From assembly GCA_905178155.1 (NCBI GenBank), contig CAJINV010000004.1, positions 9,772,625 through 9,836,624 on the forward strand: a DNA stretch of 64,000 nt, written 5' to 3'. The position numbers and the translations under genes were made by a program. The notes below the pieces were generated by a model. The model did not search any database. It was not told the DNA's origin and saw only the letters and a list, made by a program, of their open reading frames with translations. Positions 57,960 through 64,000 of the stretch are shown one piece after another; position 1 is the first letter of the stretch; each line of letters opens with the position of its first letter. The DNA comes from Amoebophrya sp. A120. Taxonomy: Eukaryota > Protista > Dinoflagellata.

Positions 57960-60758
57960 AACTTCTGTTTCAACTCGGAGATGAAGGCGAGTCGATATTT
58001 TTATGGGAGCGTCAGTTTCTTGGAAATCGGCAAAATGGAAATAATATATAAAAATTAGTCATGCTGGATTTGGATAAAATTGATTGATACATAGTACTAC
58101 ACTAGTAGTCGGCCGTATCCACAGTTTCTCATCGCAGTCTAACAAATTTATTCTGGTGACATTGAGAAGCAAATCACAATCAGTCATGCTGTGCAGCGCA
58201 AAGTAGCTCACTTCTGCCCTGCTAGCCAGCAGCGCAATGCTCGACCCTTCAGGGACCGCTCTCCTCCTCCTCCTCCTGTTTACTTCTCCAATAATATACT
58301 GGCTTTTTGCGTCGCGCTTCATGCGTAGCAAATTATTTACATTTGTTGATTTCCAAAAGGACGCCTCCATATCACATCGAAGCTCCGTACAACATGAATT
58401 CGAGCAGCGCCGACAGCAGAACCTGTATGAATTCGCACGTCTAGGAGCTCTGCGAAGAGCAATTGCGCACGAGCCAGCAGTTTTACGTACTTAGAATACA
58501 AGAAGGAAATAAATATGTTTGGCATCAGTAATTTGCAAATAATCCACAAAAAAAATAAAAGCAACCACAATAAGTATTTATTTACGTCCAGAGTTCCGTG
58601 ATGATCAGGGATTACCAGCCTTCACATTCATAAAAGCATAATTACGTGCCGATATAGCCTGCCTATACTTACTTGTTTCAGATAATATAAGTCCCCATGA
58701 CTTTGCTTCGCCTTTTCCTTTTTTTGTTTGGCTACTATACGTAGACTTACTTTCTTTTTCATTTTTCTCCAACCGAAACAAAGTAAACTAAACCGTATTT
58801 ATACACAGCCTGCCTAGACGCAGAAGGCACAGCCTGCCCAGCTGCGGAAGCCCTTGCGACAAGAAGTAGAGGGAGAGAAGAAGCCACGACCTGCAACTTT
58901 GACTCGTCCTCTATGTTGTTACTGGTTCTCTAGAACATGGGAGGGGGGTCGCTAAGTACCTGTCTAATATTCTGCGCAAGATTCAGAAAATGGGCACTCA
59001 TATCATTAGCATCATTTTTTTCGGATTTTCATTTCTGGATTTTAGAAGTACATTCATAAGAATACAATTTCAACATTACCAAAGCCATCCGTTTCTCAGT
59101 CCACCTCCGATGTAGTTTGATTTTGATTTAGTCTGTCTCCACCGTTTCACAACAGCAAAAAAATAATGGTTGCCAGTTCTATTTTCCCGTTCTCCCAAAT
59201 CGTTGCAAGAAGATCGAGCTACAGCTAATGCATAGCACTCGTACATATCATTATCAAGAACAAAAACGCAAATCACTTTCTTTCAACGCCTACCCAAATT
59301 CGAAATTGCAGCTTCGTCGCATTGCAAGGTCAACGTGTTGCTTTGTAGGATACTAGAGATCATTACCACGTACGTGGTCGCAGAAGCTTCATCTATCTTG
59401 TTTCAGAACAACAAGCGCCCTCCTGTATATAATGGATTGCTACATCATTGCACGGACTACAAATCACATCGAAGATCATGTTGATGACTTTTCCTTTTGC
59501 GACTAAGAAGTGCAAAGTGTAGAGCATAAATGTTGTAGAAAGAACGGGACAGTGGAAGCATGATATCCACCGCCAAGCTCCTCCTCGCCGTCAGCACGAG
59601 AATCCTCTAGTATCTTGCACTTACCTTATCCAGGTTGCAACTAGATCTTTGCAAACCCAAAACCACAAAAAATAAAAAAAAAATTCTGAAACTCCTGCGA
59701 CAAAACTTTACAACACCCACCAAAAAAATTTGAAAACGGTAGCTTGTCTACGAAAAAACGAAAAAAAACTCGGCTACAGAGGCCTGTGCCACGTGCTCGG
59801 TCATGGCGACGAGCTGCCAGAAGGCCTCACGTGCTGCTGGTGCTGATCGCTTTTCTGTGTTCTATTTTCTGCGTGCTCGTGGTGTCCGGCGAGTTTGGAC
59901 AGGACCGTATCAGATGAAAAGCCCGAAACACTCCTGAGCCTGCATCTCAGTTTTTGAAATGAATTCTGGGGCTTTGCAAAGCATAAAGCAATATCAGACG
60001 TTTTTGGCTTTGCACAGAAGTGCAACGCCAATTTTGTGTCTTTACGATCTTTTCACTGCGATGTCGTCTCGGTACCGTTTCCATCAACAAGCTGAGTAGA
60101 TTTTTCAACACTGGCTCGCCCTCATTGTTTCTCTTTTGTCGCTTCAGCGTGATGTCTTCGTCTCCGGTGCTCGACACCTGTTCTCTCCTAAGTAGTCGTC
60201 CGCTTGATCTCAATTGCATTTTTGCGAAAGGCCCACGGGAGGTACTCGCATTGTCGTCCCTCGTACATGTACTCACTACCGATTCGTCTTTCGTTCTTCT
60301 TCGTTTATATTGTCGTTCGCGCCCAGCTCAGTAACGACGTCCTCTGAGATCGTTCTGCTACATAGTCCGTGTCTTGGACAGGAACATATTGCTCGACTGA
60401 CACCACCGTACACGGTGTCCGGGTGTTGATATCGACTCCGAGATGAACCTCTGACGATGATGTTGAAAATAAAAGCACACAAACTTTTAAGCAGGCACGC
60501 AACTACCCTTCAGAGGAGGCGAAACTTGAATTTTTTCACCTTTTGGTTTTGCGTCTCTTGTTATTTAGAAGCACTACAACAATCCTAAAAGTAAAACCCA
60601 CCCTGTCCCTGCTCGTGTCCGTACATACTGCTTATTACGGTGATGTTTCTGTGTGTGCCGCTGGCATCAGCGTCTTCGTAATGGTTTGACCTCGCTTTTC
60701 TGATATTAAACACTTAAATCTTGACTTTTACACGCGGCACTTAAACAGCAAGAAAAAA

Positions 60759-63700
60759 ATGTCGATGTCCCTCCAAACGCTTCCGGAAAAGGAGGCCAAA
60801 ACCCGCAGCTCCCAGTCCCGGAGCCGTGCAAGTAGCGTTTCGCACGCGGCGGCTCGCACCAGGGACCAAGATGCTACAGCAGCTAGTACACAGCAGGTAC
60901 TAGTGCCTCACTCTCGCGGCTCCCGCATGCGCGATCTGTCCTCCGACCACATCAAGTACGCATTTGGGTTGAAAGAGAGCAACCCCGACGACTTCCTGCC
61001 CGCTTTCAAAGTGCGACAGGGGTCCAAGGGGAGGCGCCGCGAGGCCTACGACATGCACCAGGGCGGGAGCCAGATGAAGGATGTGTTTCGCAGCCCAGGT
61101 TGTGGAAGGAGTACTTCTCCAAGAGCAGGGGGCAGTGGAGCTGCGACCCCAGCAGCTAGTATGTTGTCCAAGGAGTCGCTACCAGCTGGGGGCGGGGGGT
61201 CCAGAAGCTCAACGCCGTTACAGAGAAGGAGTATTTGATGTTTTTTGTTTGCTTGAAATGAGGGAAGCGTGGAGTTGTTTCGTTGCATAGTTCGACGATG
61301 TAAAAGCAATGAATGCATCTGGTGCAGCTTCTATGCGTCGTCAAACGCACGACGGACGAGAAGCAGCACGAGGTGATGTATCATTTAATCTAGTACGCAA
61401 CGATGATCACGGATTCAACATACTTATGAATTTTTTGCGAAATTCTTCAACCAAAAAACAGAATCTTCGCGTCGTCTAAACGCGCACCGGCACGTGTCGA
61501 TGCAGAGTTCCGCGTTTCCTCTGGAACGGAGCTCTAGTGTGGGGGTTGTGAACCCAGATTTCACGGTGGAATTTCGGGTTACGATGTCAAAAAACAGTGT
61601 CGCTGATTTAGGTGACGTCGATGTAGCTAACTTTGCTCCTGCCGATCTTGCAACAGTGCCGAACAGCAGAGTTACAGGCACCGCGATGGAACAAAATTTA
61701 TTGCCGGGAGGTCGTACAACGCCGTCTCCGACGTCCCCCGGTGGTCCTCCACGCTCCTCCCTCTCCTCACCCACAAAGGAGCAGCAGTTGGAAATTTTGA
61801 ATAAGCTCCCGAAGCGCAACATAGGCGATGACGTGAAGTGGACCATGCGGACGGACGAAGTCCAACGAAAGCAGATCCGCTGGATATCGAAAGGAAAAAT
61901 CCCCCCTCCCCATATCGAACACGAAATTTGTGATGCTGTATTTGAGGTCACAAATCGACTTGTCATGCTAGAAGGCCAAGAGCCGCAGTCGTGGCCTCGT
62001 TTGCAGGCAATTTGTCGTGCTGTTTCTCACTCTCAGCTGCCTCCTATCATGCTGAAGATGCAAGGCTTCCCCACGCCACCCAGCACTACAGTTCGCATCT
62101 TTTCCCGTGTAGCATGACAAAGCTGATTTGTGACAACAAATCTGCATCACAGATTTCCGTTTAGATATGGGGAGGGGGGATTTTTCCGTTTGATACTGGA
62201 CGGCAGACAAAGAGTTGGACTACGCCATGGGCTTTTCCCTGCGGAAGCTTGACGAGACAGAGGAAGGGAACAACAGTATGACGCGGTTGGAAAACCGCCC
62301 CTTCAAGCAGTTTTTGAATGTCAAGCAGGACGTGGTGAAGCGGGACCTGCAAGCGGAGATCGAACGGGAAAAGCGGCAACCACAGATGGCAATGTCCCGA
62401 ACAAATATGTTGGTGAATAGTAAACAGCGGTCCTCGACGGCGCTGAGTTACGATGCGAATGGTGCCAGCACACAACAACCGTCGCAAAGCGCGCCAGTGA
62501 CGCCGCGGAAAAATTCTAACGGTGGACAGGACCAAGAAATAAACCAGCAGCAAACGTCCACCTTCGGCGCTGAGTTTGGTGCAGCGAAGTCGTCTGCTTC
62601 GGTGGTTCGTGACTTGTATAATTCGCGCCGTAGTTGTGTGACGCCGAAGGTGAATACCAGGAAATCCCGGGCGGACCTGTGGAAACCCTTCCTGCCTACA
62701 TCTACTACTGCAGCTAGCACCGCAGGGAGTGGGACGATTACAGGGCTAACTCCCGCGGAGGGCGCGGCTGCAAAAAGATCGGCTTCCTACACAACTAGCA
62801 CTGCTGTTGCTGCGACCTCGGTGGTGGAACATCAGAAGGATGGCTCGACACATATGCAAGCCACATCACCTCGTGCTGCTGCTGCTCTTGAAGATGCTGA
62901 TTTATTAAAAGCCACTCCCCGTCGGCAGCTGTCGCTCCAAACTGTAGTCCAGAACCTGCACACTGCGGTTCGAAGCGCCTCGGCGCGCAAACGACCGTTG
63001 ACGACCAAGACGGTAAAACCGAAAAACCTTCCGAACTTCACCGTGAACGATCACTACAGGCAAGCGGGTCCGTTTTCGAGCAGTTATCGGGCGGCCTTCG
63101 GCGTGCCCCGGCTCGACGTGTTGGGGAGGGGGCAGGAGGGCGGGGGAGTAAAACAAGGCGCTATTTATTTTACCCCTCGCGGTGGTTTATCTTCGAGTTG
63201 TACGCCGGGCAATATAATTCACGACAATAATTCTACGATATCTGCCCGGGCAAGAAGAGCACTTCAGGAGGACCTGTTATGAACTGCAAAAGCATCGTAC
63301 TTGTATAAATGCATTACAAATTTTCTCAGCATGAAAAATAAAATTTGTAATGCGGATTTACCTTAAGACAAAGATTTGTAATGCTAGACTTGCATTTATA
63401 CGAGTACGATACTTTTGCACGGGATACCTGTTGCTGCAGGACGAAAAGGTCGTGGGTCCGCCGGCCGTATCCTGTGCAAAAGTATCGTACTCGTATGGAA
63501 ATCATGCATTACAAATCCCTTTGTTAAGGTAAATCAGCATTACAAATTTTATTTCTCATGCTGAGGAAATTTGTAATGCATTTATACGAGTACGATACTT
63601 TTGCAGTTCATAGGCCGGCCGCATTGGCGGAAGCAGGGACCTGCACCGAGGGTACTATAACAGTGAGCAACCGATGAACCTCTGCGATTGGGGCGTGCCG

Positions 63701-64000
63701 AAGCAGCTGCTGAACTCGCTTCTTGCTTCGAGCAGTGCAGCTGGTACGGACAAGGACAACAGCAACATCTCCCGGCCCGCCTCGGCAAGGAACTCTAATA
63801 CAGGAAAAAATATAATCGCCGGCACAGCAGCTGACGCAAACAACAATACCTCTGCGCTATCGACACCCCGCACGACGTCGCCCCGCACCCAGAACAAAGC
63901 CATTCTAAAAACCGCGAGTGAGCTCTTGGGCCAGGAAGCGAGGGCGGAGCAGAGACGGAAATTGTCCGCGCGGCAGAAGGCCGCCCGGGCGCTGCAGGGA
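60759..64000 (+). CDS. Ser/Thr/Arg-rich hypothetical protein, runs off the window. Exons 60759-61230, 61462-61884, 62201-63277, 63432-63467, 63618-end
   Basis: GT-AG intron 61231-61461 plus three TIR introns give a continuous frame. Confidence 0.7.
61885..62195. mobile_element. Introner family D
   Basis: tatcgaaaggaaaaatcccccctccccatatc / gatatggggaggggggatttttccgtttgata; DR ctgga. Confidence 0.92.
63278..63426. mobile_element. Introner family A
   Basis: A TIRs; DR cctgt. Confidence 0.92.
63468..63612. mobile_element. Introner family A, opposite orientation to 63278-63426
   Basis: A TIRs; DR ggccg. Confidence 0.92.

Noticed and set aside
1585-63612. Recurring ~25-bp repeats as a CRISPR array
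   Set aside because: They are inverted pairs dispersed in eukaryotic exons, not direct repeats with regular spacers; no cas genes.
1585-63612. Elements co-opt a flanking G to make GT (G+TAT) or AG (ATA+G) splice sites
   Set aside because: Only about 20 of 37 have such a G, roughly what chance gives, and both sites together are possible only when the DR ends in AGG.
1587-63788. Repeated peptides in the ORF track ([33 protein letters not shown]) as a protein repeat family
   Set aside because: They are translations of the A and B TIRs read through from exons.
1-64000. tRNA/rRNA genes or dinoflagellate spliced-leader relics
   Set aside because: None recognised by eye; tRNAscan-SE/Infernal would be needed to exclude them.

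Overview
Eukaryotic genomic DNA, most consistent with the parasitic dinoflagellate Amoebophrya (Syndiniales). The taxon is inferred from intron architecture, not from a search. All genes I could reconstruct are on the + strand: an AMPK/MARK-like kinase (3' part), two tandem paralogues of a secreted F5/8-type-C (discoidin/lectin-like) protein, a small membrane protein, a giant ~5,200-aa PDZ-containing protein and a partial Ser/Thr-rich protein. They are interrupted by 38 MITE-like non-canonical introns (introner elements), nearly all with TAT...ATA terminal inverted repeats (TIR) and mostly 5-bp flanking direct repeats (DR), and by 7 ordinary GT-AG introns. For all 37 fully visible host elements, deleting the element plus one DR copy restores the reading frame (checked by hand). 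One of these introns holds a 15,647-bp Ty1/copia LTR retrotransposon (12372-28018) with several accessory ORFs, and its gag is itself split by another TIR element. The least explained signals are: one-ended ~1.1-kb insertions flanked by ~45-bp duplications; a GCAT[GTC]ACAAAT motif shared by otherwise unrelated introner families; and an 11-aa peptide (AIRFWS[IL]EDAR) encoded twice, with different codons, in the retroelement. Family names A-H are my own labels. All splicing is predicted from frame restoration, not from RNA data.
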